Position numbers and translations under genes: made by a program. The notes under the pieces were generated by a model. That model was not told the DNA's origin. It was given only the letters and a program-made list of their open reading frames with translations, and searched no databases. A stretch of DNA of 62,120 nucleotides, the filler included, from Choristocarpus tenellus KU-1152 (lineage: Eukaryota > Protista > Phaeophyceae), in the NCBI GenBank assembly GCA_964200185.2. It is 8 parts of 8 records of this genome, joined end to end, with 100 filler letters (N's around TTAATTAATTAA, not from the genome) between each part and the next. Parts side by side here need not be neighbours in the genome. Positions count along the whole stretch, not along the records: positions 8,310 to 22,386 come from CAXNAD020001282.1; positions 22,487 to 37,635 come from CAXNAD020001047.1; 6 more parts are not named here. One strand, written 5' to 3'. Shown piece after piece: positions 12,333-24,581 of this stretch; position 1 is the first letter of the stretch; each line of letters opens with the position of its first letter.

Positions 12333-15300
12333 TCAAGAAACTGGTGTACACTTCATTGGAAGGGTCCCATCTGCAACAAGTTGTGCCCTCATCCGTACAA
12401 ACACTGCCTTCATGGAGGTATGGATGTCTGGGATACTGACTTCTGGAAGAGCTGCCACCATCTTGGAGACATCCTAAGAGACAAAATGAATGGAAACATA
12501 AGAGATTGTCAGGCAAGAAAATTCTTAATTCTAAATAAATCCACTCATTATAAAAAAAAGAAATGCTAGAATCAAATGGTGACCAAACAAAATAATGCAA
12601 ATTAGTCAATAAAAAAATGGAGGTACACCTTTAAATATTAGTAACAATACAGGGTTTTGAATCGTAGTCATATAATCAAAGAAAAAAATGTTTCAGAATT
12701 AAATGGTCCTGTACACTGATTAGACTGGTCTCACAATTACTTAGCATGTCCTGGTCCATGTCCACTAGGTGCTCTACTAGTCTAACATTGAGAATTGTGT
12801 ACATCTGTTCAAGGTTAAGTTATACTCTACCATGTGCATGTAGATAGTACTCTTTCAACCAATCTCTGAACTTTTTTGGTTTGGAATCATGAAGAACATA
12901 TATATACGGTGTGCAGTGAGAAAATCAAGAGGCATAGATGTGTGGATTTCTCTTCAAGTTACAAAGTTAATATTTACACATTTGGTCCTTAATGAGTGTC
13001 AAAATACATCTTGAAGTCACGTATCACCCCAGGCACCCAAACACCAAACATAAAACAATGTGTTTGTATTCTATTTTCAAATAATAATCTATAAAATAGT
13101 AAATAGAAAATAGAAAATAACACACAAATAGCAATGATTCCTATTATATTTAGCAATTACCGTAGGAGTATAGGATACAAGATACAACTGGAGTGAACGG
13201 TAACTAGGGAGACATGGCCATGATGTGGCCAGTTCAAGTGTCAAAAATATTCACCTGACTGGCCATAGATAAAAAACATCTTAACATGGCCAAGTTCATG
13301 GCCATTCCTGCTCAACATGATTGGGTCAACCTGCCAGCCATGTACAACAAAGTTTGGACTGAGTCCATGGCCATCTACCATTTCAACATGATTGGGTCGG
13401 GGCCTGCCCGCAACCATATGGCCAACAGTGAACATACTAACATCTCAACTGTACAACAATTAACCAGTAATATGCAAGTATCTAAACTGTGTTTACTTTA
13501 CAACATAGAAAAAACTACACAACTCCATGGATTTCACACATGCACAAAGCACCACTGTGCAAAATGCTGTATTTCAGAATGAAAATGAAGTAAAGTAAGT
13601 ACTCACTATTGTATTTCAGTGAAGTAATGCAAGTAGAATTAGATTACAATTGAATGAAAACAAATTTTTGGCATTGATGGCCATCCATCCAAGAAAAGCT
13701 GTATTTGACGCAAGGATTTGATTCTCTTGCAAATAATTGCATCTAACACTGTGCAAGAGCTGCCTACTAATACAAGTAAAGCACATGCCATCTTCAGTCC
13801 AAACACTCACCAGCTCATTGTTTGAGCGTTTTGACTTGAGAATCTTATCTTGCTCCTCCACAGTGAAGTTAGTGTACTTGAAAGAAGGATCAATGTAAGT
13901 TCGATACAACTCCAATATTTCATTGTGACTGATGGCTCCAGGGTTGCAGAAGTTGTAAACTCCCTGTGGAAAAGGATGGTGAGAAGGGGCACATCTAGGT
14001 ACGGAGATAATGTGGTGCAAACAGTAAACTAAAAGTTGATTAACATGAAGGGATCCATTCCATACCTTGCATACTAGAAATACATTGTACATATTTTTGT
14101 CATTTTGAAGTTGTACATTCACTATTAAGTGTATATAGATTGCCAACATCAATCAATATATTCCAAAGTTTCTTCAATAGACTGGTACAAGAGTACAAGT
14201 ATCAATCATCAATCACTTCGAGTAGACGCATCTAAAAAAATAAGGAATATTTCTTATCAATAAATACACAACAAAATTACAGTTCCTTTTCTCACCTTCA
14301 AGCCTCTTTCTGACATTAACAGAGACACTGGCAAGAGGTCTGTCAACACAGTCATGGAGTTAGGAATGTTTACAACCTGCAAGGGCGTAACAGAGAGACA
14401 AATTAAGACACAAACCACAGGGGAAGTGGCAGATACCAAAAAGGATCAAGAAGCTGATCACAACTGCACTGGGCATACTATCACTTGTTACCTTAACTTG
14501 AATAAACTACAGCAGTTTCACTTCAACTTGTAAATTCAAAAATCAGTGAGCTTCTGGTACTTTGAGCCTCTAACTGAATACAGCATTCCTGCTGTATTTT
14601 ACCACTGCATGATAACTGTGTCCAGAACCGTCCTCTCTACACTTGCTCACCTTCTCGTATTTGGTTATCTTAGTTATGAAGTTCCTTGCGCTGAGGTCAT
14701 CTGAGATTGGCATTCGTACCCGCAATATACATACATTGTTGAACTGCTTCAACAGCTGCAGTGTTGGGAGAGTACAGTCATATTAGTGTAATGCATGTAA
14801 TGCATCTTGATCCATTATGACAAGACAGAATAATTGTGGAAGTCAAGGAAATGTAATGTGATATAGGCTGTAAAAAAAAGCTAGAGTCAGAAGAAATCAC
14901 AATGATTCACATGGGTGATGAAATCCCTCATTATAGTACCTTATGTAGAAACTCCCTTCTCCTTGTAATATGACAGCACAAAAAGGAACCTACAAGTGGT
15001 CAGTTCCATTCCTCTTTTACTACCAATCAACCATGACAAGGAGTCTTCTCATCATGCTCAGCATAGCATTCCAGAGAAAATGCCTGTGACCTTTGAACTT
15101 TGACTAATCCTGAGTCATCACTAATCATGAATATGGCACCACCACTGTGTCTCTGTTTGCCAGCTGTCCGTAGAGTACTGTACTGTATATCACCAGCACA
15201 CTAACCAGACTCACAATGCCACTACTGGATGGAGGCTTTCATCTTTCCAGGTATAGAGGTAGACAGGGTTTAAGTAGGGTAGCATCTTTTCCAGTGATGT

Positions 15301-18300
15301 ATGACCTAACTTGGAAGTTTCACCACAACAGCAAGGGGATACTGTTGCCTACTGAACGTCCAGGTTATATCAACAAATAGTGCCCCCTACGGAGCAAATT
15401 GAATATTCCACGTAAGCAAGAGTCACAAAATCTCTCTCCAATGCAAAGGACAAGATATTGTATGACTGTTAGTAGTAAGACAACATTTTATTACCTCTTA
15501 TGAAGTTCCTCAATTTGACCACGTATGCATGGTACAAATTAAAGTACCAAAATCTCAGCATCATTGCAAAACTTATACTCTTATACTCTAAGGACCATAT
15601 AATGACCTTGACATGCTGTGCATATACATGCAATTCCAGTACTCTATATATACGCCTTAGACGAGAAGTGGGAAAAGAACAATTGACCTGCTCCTCAATA
15701 ATGTACAACCTCCTAGTTATCCCTTAAATCCTTCCAATTCAAGATGTAAATAACACCATGAACTTCAGTATGAAAAAGACTAGTTAGACCTGTTACTGAC
15801 CTTTCAATGGGCCACATACAACAAGTTACGTGGACCACAGACTGGACCACATAACCCGATTTATTCCTTAATGGGTTGAACAGGTTGTAGATGAAGTAAG
15901 GAGAACGGAGGAGTGAGCTAACAAGCCTGAAAGTAGGGGTCCTTGCCACCAAATCATTCCTATTCTATGGATCAGTAGTCACTAATGACAGAATGCTTTT
16001 TATTATCTGGCAGATCTGGACGGGACCTATCAGAAATAATGAACTGGACTGGACTGCAGATCAGATTGTAGAAAAAGTTGAAGGTCCAGGACAGATCTTG
16101 TCAGAAATAGCATACAAAGGATTGGCCCAGTCAAATATTTGAAAGGTACTTCTACAGCAGGTAGAACTTGAAAACCCATGACATGAAATATTTTCCAGCC
16201 TCTGATATCAAGTTAATCTCAGGCTACAAACCAAACTGTACAAATATCTTCCTGCACTGTAATAGACGTTTCAAAATATTGTCTTACTGTCAATTGGGTC
16301 AAACTGTAGCCTGAACCATTGAAGATTTAATAGCATTGGGTCACAAAATCATCCAAAAAAATAGAGACACCTATTACAGCTCATGGACAGTATCTGACAA
16401 ATAGATTATATCGAATTGCCCTACATAGAATCTTTTGTGAAAGATGAACATTCACCAACCTACTGACCAAGTCATTAACATATTCCTGACCTAGTGCTTT
16501 TTCAAGCCTTGAAAACCTCCTGATTACATACTAAAAAAAATATACTGCCTCTCTACTGCGAGGCCCTACTTGCACTTGTAAAACTTGCACATAAGCAGTA
16601 GTAACTCATTTGAGGTCCTCCCCATAGTATAAATAGTACTTGGTATGCTGCAAAGAGTGGAGAGTGGTTACGATACCTACCGTATGTTGAGGGGTGTCAT
16701 GTGTTAATGACCTCCTTAGTGGTTGTTAATCACAAGAACTCATGAGTATAAATTAAATTGGCTTAAAAAATAGGCTAGTTTGATTCATAAACACAATTCC
16801 GATTTTCCAACACTATCCTCATACTGCAATCAGATACCACTTGCACAGGTTGCGGTATTTTGGATATGCTAGAGCACTCACAACAGAAATAAACAGCTGT
16901 GTAGAGCATTCACAAGTTACTACCGTACGGTAACAGTAGCAAGGGACTTTCATGCTCATTCAGTACCATATCTACATTATGATACTATTACTATGATGCT
17001 TTTACTTGGAAATGCCCACCACAGTAATAAATGAGATAATACTGAAAACATTTCCACTCCTGGCTCTGACAGCAGATGTTGCTTTGTGCTGCTAGAGAAA
17101 CCTTGAGAGGAGGTGAGGTGACAAACTAACAGCCTGTAACTTTTGCCAATAAGTCAGCTCATTGGATTCACCAATACACCAACTTTAGCTACATATTAGC
17201 CAGCATAGACTGCCTTCTCTAAAACAGTAGCAGAAAGTGTGGATGGCATGTTATGGTACAAAAGCAGCACTGCTGCAAACCAATGATAAGATACAGTGAA
17301 CCACAGACATACAATACAGGTCATAATGTTACCTAAGATGTAGAGAGGTCCGCACGGTATGGATTGAGATTACTCACATAGGATATGAGAAAATACCTGC
17401 AAAGGTATTCAAAACTCATCTTCTTGGCATGATTTAACCATGAGCTGATAGTGTATGTGGGAGGAAATCTGTTTGAGCCGAAAAAATGTATGTTTGTAGA
17501 TAGGAGGAAAGTCTGCTTTGATGTATATAGGAAAGTGGACTTGCAAAAAAAGATTATATGGAACAATTAGAGAATAAGGAGGTTAGGAACAGTCACACTG
17601 TAATGTCCTTGTGACTGATGAGGAAAGTACTGAAATCGTACTAATTTGTGTTGTAAAATATAGGGTAATTTTTCTGTAATTAAAAAATAAAATTCTCAAC
17701 TAGCTGTATAATGGAATCAGTCACTTCAAGGATACACCAGATTCTGATTTTTTATATGTTGGTAAATGACTTGATCAAGAAGTAATATATTGAATGAAAT
17801 ATTGTAAGTTCATTTATTTTCCATGAAGTTCGATAGGAAATAAATCTAGAGGGATGAAAAATTCTCTTGAAACAAATGGGTAGAATTCTAAAATGCTTTG
17901 TTTAAATCCTTAGTTCCCCGCAGGTAAATAAAAAAAGTTGAATTGAATTAGTTTGCATGTTTCAAGAACTGAGTTTAAGCTATTTCGCTTGACACATAAT
18001 TAATCAATTCATGTACATCTAAAAAGTATTGAAATATAGTTGGGCTCACAAAATGTACCAATAAAGTAAATGACCTAGATAACAGCATAATAAAAGATTA
18101 TTGGCATCTAAAGGACCACCTCATAGAAGGAGAATCACAATGCAACCACTTTGGAGGTGAAATTTGCTCTTTACCTGAAGTTAGGACCCGGGAAAAACTT
18201 CCCAGAACCTCCTCAGGAGCACAAATTGACAGACACACAAATGCATTAATTTTAATATGGATTTCATCAATTGCAAAAGGAACCAAAAACAAACATCGCA

Positions 18301-21300
18301 ACAAGAGTATGAACATACGAACGCACCACAAGCTGTACCTATTTTAAATTGTCAAATTGTACATATTTTCATGAAAAGAACTGTTGCTCACAAGTTATGG
18401 TACCACGAAGTTCATCCTCAAGGTGACCAATTCCACTATAACCCAAAAATGTTGTGTAAAAAACACCATGACAACACTAGGACAATATAGTAGAACTGTA
18501 ATGTTTGCACGGAATTGCAACTTCCTTGTTTCACTATGAAGAGATCTGTTGTACAGACATCTGTGGGGACTTTGTTCTCTCATCTCCTCAGTGCCGTAGT
18601 GGACAGATTATGGGAATTGGAGCTATATCTCATCAAATTTTCCAGAAGGAATGTAACCGTCACAATACCATGCAATTATTCCTCCAGCTAAGAAGAAATG
18701 TTTAGTAGACATATTTCTTCTGGAGTACAATGTGGCAGAAAATCATCTCTTGCTGTAAATGCTATAAGGACTAAAGATAAATCATACGTTTCAACCACGG
18801 GTGATTGATTTCAAGATGTTAAATTTTAGTGAAAAGGTTCTCAGATCACCATGCAGTGCATTTACTAATATAACACACTTTCTTGCACACTTCAGAAAAT
18901 ATTGAATCGAACAGCAATTCATATATCACCTGGAAAAATTTCAGCACTGTGATGGGTGAACAGGTTAGACCATGCTAAGCCGCAATATAGCATGCACACA
19001 ACATCAGATCAAACCCTACTGTCTCTTGATCCGCTACCAAAATAATTTTTCCAATAATTCCTTCCTGATAGAGTCACCTCAACTCATTGCATTCAAGAGG
19101 GGGAATACTCACCATTTCCACCATTCCCTTTGTGAGTGAGTAGAAAGATCCTGTGAAGTTGGGTACATCCTCTTCTGTGAAACCTTTCCCACCAATGGGG
19201 TGCTCCTCGTCATATTCATAGATGCAACTTGAGAAAATAGTAAAGACGACATTGTAGGGAGGGAAGAATTATCAATATAGGTTAGGACTCCAGAAAACCT
19301 GGACCTCAATTTTTTTCTCGGACGAAACATGGCAGATCTTGCATGGAAACAATGAAATTTCTCATAAAACCCCAAAAATCCAGCATAACACATATTCAAG
19401 TCAGCCCTCAACAGCCTGAGTGAGAGGCTAGTAAGGCCAAGGGTGCATATTACATTCCTGGCACACTTGCTACCTGTAAATTGCAGTGTTGAGTAATTAT
19501 TATATTTCGTTTGATCAATTAATGCAACAAGACTCCAAAGCCTGGTTGACCTAAGCATTATACTCCAGAGAAGAGAGTTTAGAAAAAGAAAAAAATATTT
19601 CAACCCACAAGAGTTCTGAGTTATTGGGGCTGCATGAGGTGCACTCTAAGCTACTTTACCAAAGGATGTAGTAGAATTGCACTTTTCACTCCTCTATGAT
19701 AATGATAATATTTTCTTTCCAAAAAAACTACCCATTCAAAAATGGCATCTAGTGTTTGAGGGTCTAAAGTGTACGGCAGTATTTGGAAAAGACTCTGTAG
19801 CTGTCAACCAATTGCAGTCTACTACTTGAGGAACGATAGTAGGGCATCCTGATGAATAAAGCATCCAAATTTTCTACTCTAATCTACACTTGTGTACCAG
19901 TGTATAACAGAATTTCCTAGTGCCAACACTACTTTGACGATTGCCCAGATGGTTACTACACCATATATGGAAGGGTTTATGGTAGGGGGTATACATGACA
20001 CATACTCAATCATGCCTACAGTTGGGTCTGGGTAAGATGCAACTACTAGTGTGTCACGGCAACAACAAAGCTAGCGAAAAGGAGCTAATGGTGCATTCTT
20101 GTGCCATTCACAGCGAAGAACTCCACAGTTTAGATTTCCTCGACCAGGTCTACATCTGAGGCATATGTTGGTGCGGTCAGGTTAAAAAAAATCAAATTCC
20201 ACGTTTCGTGTATCTCTTGGTAACCTAACACATTTTACGTTTCTACGCCTGATCTATGACTTCCAGCTTCAGATGTGAACATAAAATTAATCCCAAGCAG
20301 CTACAAGAATTACGCTTATCGAATGATAGGCTCCGATCGGAGGCATAGCAGTATTACATCGAGTATATCTTCCTAAAGTATACCCCATGCCCAGCACGTG
20401 TATTGCAGCATCTCACCCAGTTGCGTAGACCGTGCAGTGGATGCCTCGCTGTGCACACACATCAGCAAGGCCGACTGTACCTAGAACGTTTGCTCTGATT
20501 GTCTCCTCACGGTGACTCTCACACCAGTCCACGTTCGGCCTCCCAGTCTGTTCCTCGCCCACACAATGAGCGCGCAGGCACCACCATTTAATGCAAGATT
20601 AAGGCACAGGATGTGTGGAACATGTTGCACACCACAAGTTTGTGTAAGTGTTGAGCTCCCATCTCATGTCTAGGATAAAAGTACTCAAGTCCACTTTTAG
20701 TAGTGCAAACAAACATCAGGTCTACTCGACACTACAAACGTTTGCATGACGAATCAATTAGCATCTTTAAACTAGAGCGAAAGTTAACCTTCCAAGCGAA
20801 ACACAACAAGCCAACGCACACGAATACCGAATGATAAATGCAGGGTATGCTGAATGCTTATCCTGGACGCTTACCACCCCAGCAGCATTGAGCACATGTG
20901 TTGGTTTCACCGCGTCGATCTCCCTGTATTTGCAGTATACAACGTTTGAGGGAGAAAATCCTTTGTCAGACATTGAATCAGTATTATCATGATAGAACAA
21001 GCTGAACCTCTGCCAATAGTTACTCTAGGCAGTCTCACTTGATCAAGCTCTCTCTGTTTTCAAGCCGTGCTTCTCCAAGATACAACGTCTTCCCTGAAGC
21101 TTTGAGAAGCGAAGTTAACTTAACACCGATCCATCCGGTTTTGCCATATAGTAGGTAAATCTGAGGCGAAGAGGTGGACTGGGGGGAAGGAAGTGCATTC
21201 GTGTGGTTGCGGGCTCAGGGTGAGATCATGTGAAAGGGTTGGTTATGTAAGGAAGGAATAGTTAGACAACAGAAGTTGGAAGCAAATCTCTAAAAAGGTT

Positions 21301-21348
21301 AGCTCTCACGCCTGACGTGAATCGACGCAAAGAAATTCTTCGTACCAT
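12333..21348 (-). CDS. NRS/ER: Bifunctional dTDP/UDP-4-keto-6-deoxyglucose 3,5-epimerase/4-reductase (nucleotide-rhamnose synthase); complete, 9 exons, 305 aa
   Basis: Exons 21348-21346 (ATG only), 21178-21039, 20923-20875, 20547-20417, 19227-19113, 14755-14651, 14376-14296, 13963-13811, 12473-12333; all GT-AG with consistent phases, 918 nt. Motifs LYGKTGWIG, KPTHVLNAAGVTGRPNVDWCE, YATGCIYEYD, FYSLTK (YxxxK), LRVRMPISDDL, NFITKITKYEKVVNIPNSMTVL, GVYNFCNPGAISHNEIL, RSNNELD. Confidence 0.95.
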
Positions 21349-21949
21349 AGAGGTCATAGGGGACCTCAAATACTGTAGTGGTAGGCCGGCTTAGTTGTAG
21401 AATAGAAAGCAGGTGTCGTCTACAGGATATGGTGAATGCGTCGAAATCACCCCCCAGGTCCCTTAATTTGTATGCCACAAAGTAAACAACATACCAATCA
21501 ATCTTAATTATTGTATACTATCCGTTGTTACTGTTATGTAGAATAAATATCCCACCGATATGAGGAGGTGAAAAAAAAAATCAAATATCATATCTACAAT
21601 ATAATATCATATTTTTCCAATTCCATCAACAGATTGTTTCCATGTTTTAATATACAATATTTTTATGCCTTCGAACATTTTCAGATGTGTCAAAGAAAAA
21701 CCAAAAAAAGAATGTGACAATGAGTTGCATTGAAAAAATACCAATTCGTTTACCTATGATACACCACAACAATAGGTACTAATATTTTATTATTATGTCC
21801 TCTGACATTTTGCAGATGTGTCAGGGGGAAAATCAATGAAAACTATACATAGGTCATTATTGGCCCTAAGGAAATAAAATATAATAAATGTGAAAACACT
21901 ATAAAACACTGTAAGTGTGAAAACCACCAACTAATCTATCAGTTACTTC

Positions 21950-22386
21950 ATTATCAATATTGTACTATTGTCTTCCTGTGCTTCCTATCTACCTACTCCT
22001 GCGCCCCTGGGGGGGGGGAGCTAGGGAGGCATCCCAAGAATCCAACAAATCCCTCCGTGCCCATCTCCCTGGTGACTCTAGTTTAAAGCACATGACACAT
22101 CAAGACAATGCCACTTGCGTAGTCACCGAAACAATTTGGCGTAGCCTGGATTTAACTACTCCTTTCTGCAATATCCTCCAGCTCCTCTCCCCCCTGTCAT
22201 GTGAGTAGCCAGCTCATCCAAGGAAGCATTCCGCTTGCTTGCCGAGGCGCCCAAAACTTTCCATTGCAAAGGTGTTGAGATTATAACTACGAGGATAAAA
22301 GGATCCCTCGTAGTGGGTGCGCTTTTGCGCCTCAGCTGCAGCAGCAGCTACACCATTGCTGGTGGATGAGTGGGTTAGGTGGGAGG
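21950..22386 (-). mobile_element. 3' end of a CRE/SLACS-like non-LTR retrotransposon (restriction-like endonuclease), decayed
   Basis: Minus strand reads STSNGVAAAAAEAQKRTHYEGSF...TFAMESFGRLGKQAECFL / DELATH... / KGVVKSRLRQIVSVTTQVALS*CV with two frameshifts. This fits the G.AA..AE..K..Y...ExFG.xG..A..FL..LA...RL..xSV..Q signature of RLE-type LINE C-termini. The left boundary is approximate. Confidence 0.78.
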
Positions 22387-22505
22387 NNNNNNNNNNNNNN
22401 NNNNNNNNNNNNNNNNNNNNNNNNNNNNNNTTAATTAATTAANNNNNNNNNNNNNNNNNNNNNNNNNNNNNNNNNNNNNNNNNNNNGAGGAAGGGTGGGG
22501 GGGGT

Positions 22506-22536
<31 letters not shown>

Positions 22537-22749
22537 CTCTGGGGCTGCGGGCCTGTTTGGGGTTTGGGGTTTGGGGTTTGGGATGGTCAAGGTTGAGACC
22601 ATCGATGTCAATGGAGTTCATAGTAGGGGTCAGACGTTTGATTTTGGTGTGTTACTGAGGAAGGGCTGGGGTTGTTAAGAGGAAGAGGTGTTCTTGATTG
22701 CCTATAACATTTTTTTTGCTGCTATCTCTGTGACTGTTCCTTGCTGCAG

Positions 22750-24581
22750 GTTCCAGTACCAGCCAATACCACACGTTCCCACATTCATGTGGCCGCAGGG
22801 CGTGCAAAGTATGAGCCAGAACAGCGGGCCATTGTGTGGCGCATTAAGCGTATGATTGGTGGGGCGGAAACAGTCTTTGCCGCAGATGTGGAGCTGACCC
22901 CCAGCATCAGGCAGAAGGCATGGTCGAGGCCACCTATTCAGGTGGGAAAATGAGTTAGAGAGGGGTGGGGGTTACGTAAAGGCATCACTCACTTGATATT
23001 GATTTTGGGCGATTTGAAATGGTCCAGTGCATTCGATGTCTGGTATGCTTTTTTTTTGTGGTTGGGTTTTGTAGTTAGTTGGATCTACTCTTGAACTTCG
23101 CCGAAGTGATTTGTTGAACCAGAAAGAAAGAAAAAAAAAAGGGGACTTCACTTCTACGTCAAGTCGACAAATTTTGTTCTTTTTTTTTCGGGCTGATGGG
23201 TATTGAGTATTGTTGCTTTGAAGTAGGTCTATACTTCGGAGTGTGTTTTCAGAAGTTTTTTGCGTGTGTATATACAATCGTTCTTTTTTTCTAGATATTT
23301 GCTTTCGAGAGAAGTAGTTCCAATTTTTTGTAAGTTTCTTTTTATATTTGAAAAAGATAAACATTTTTTTATGGACGATCTCGGCCTACTATTGTAGTGT
23401 TCTACAAAGGGAGGCTAGTACCAAAGTTTGTAATTGATCATTGGGAGGCTTTTTTCCAAAATAAAACGCTGAATTCAAATAAAAAGGGCAGCAATTTTTC
23501 TGTATATCATGTCTATGGGTAACACCTGTGTACCATCATGAAGATGTTACTTGTATCTCATAGAGGCTGTATGAAATCATCTGTGGTCTATGCATCACAA
23601 CTATTCATAGTAAACGATCTTTTTTATTTTTCTCAGAATATTAATATATTTGGTGATGTTACACTCTCATCACAAGTACTCTTGGAAGACGCTATGACTG
23701 CCAGCGAAGAGGAAGGATGCATTTTTTGTTTTTGTTTCATCAGCCGTCCATTGTTAGGTGTTGATCAGCCATCAATTTAATTATTTTTTGTTTATATAAC
23801 AAAGATTATTAATATTGTTTTTTTAAAATAATATTTCATTACTTTTGTAAAAAAAAATCTACTGTATTCCAAAAGCGGTCTCCAGATGAGATGACAGACC
23901 ATAGTATTTTTCGTGGTGTAATATCATTATCATCTTTTTTTTCGTGTTCAATGTATAATAAAATATTCAGAAAACAGTTTTAGAGTCAGATTCGGGTCAA
24001 GGTTTTCCGGGCTCAGGATGCAAAAGTTCTTCCTTGTGCAGATTGGAAGGTCATTTTGTTAGGTTTCATCCGGGATATTGAACCTGAAGTGTCCTGTTTG
24101 AGAACAGTATTGGAGGTAGAAAATTTGTATCGAATATGCTCATAGGTTGTGCTCTGAACAACAGCTCTGGGCTGCTTTGACTTTCCCCGTAGCAGCCTGT
24201 AGCAACCCATTAATGTTTCTGGAGGTTGGTTCGATCTGTTCATCCTTTTAGCTACAGTCCATGCAGCAGGATGTTGTTGAATATTCACCCTCCACTTATT
24301 TGAAATGTTCTAGAGATGGGTAATGCTCTGTACGTAGACAATAATGTGTATCATCTGACATGTCAGTACTGTTTCATCTTGAACGAACTCTAGACAATCA
24401 TGGCCTGAAATGTCACAGTGCATTTTTTTTTTATCTACACCAGGCGGAATTCCAGGTGCCCATGTTCACCTCCTCTGGGGTACAGGTCCGGTTTCTCAAG
24501 GTATATGATAAGAGTGGGTACCTCACCAAACGATGGGTTCGCTACATCACTCGGGCAGGACACTATCAAGTTCGGATCTGA
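22750..24581 (+). CDS. AP2M1: AP-2 adaptor complex mu subunit, last two exons (5'-partial)
   Basis: Exons 22750-22941 and 24444-24581 (TGA): VPVPANT...GRAKYEPEQRAIVWRIKRM...KAWSRPPIQ|AEFQVPMFTSSGVQVRFLKVYDKSGYLTKRWVRYITRAGHYQVRI*. This is a mu-homology domain; WSRPPI and FQVPMFTxSG are mu2-type. Confidence 0.92.
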
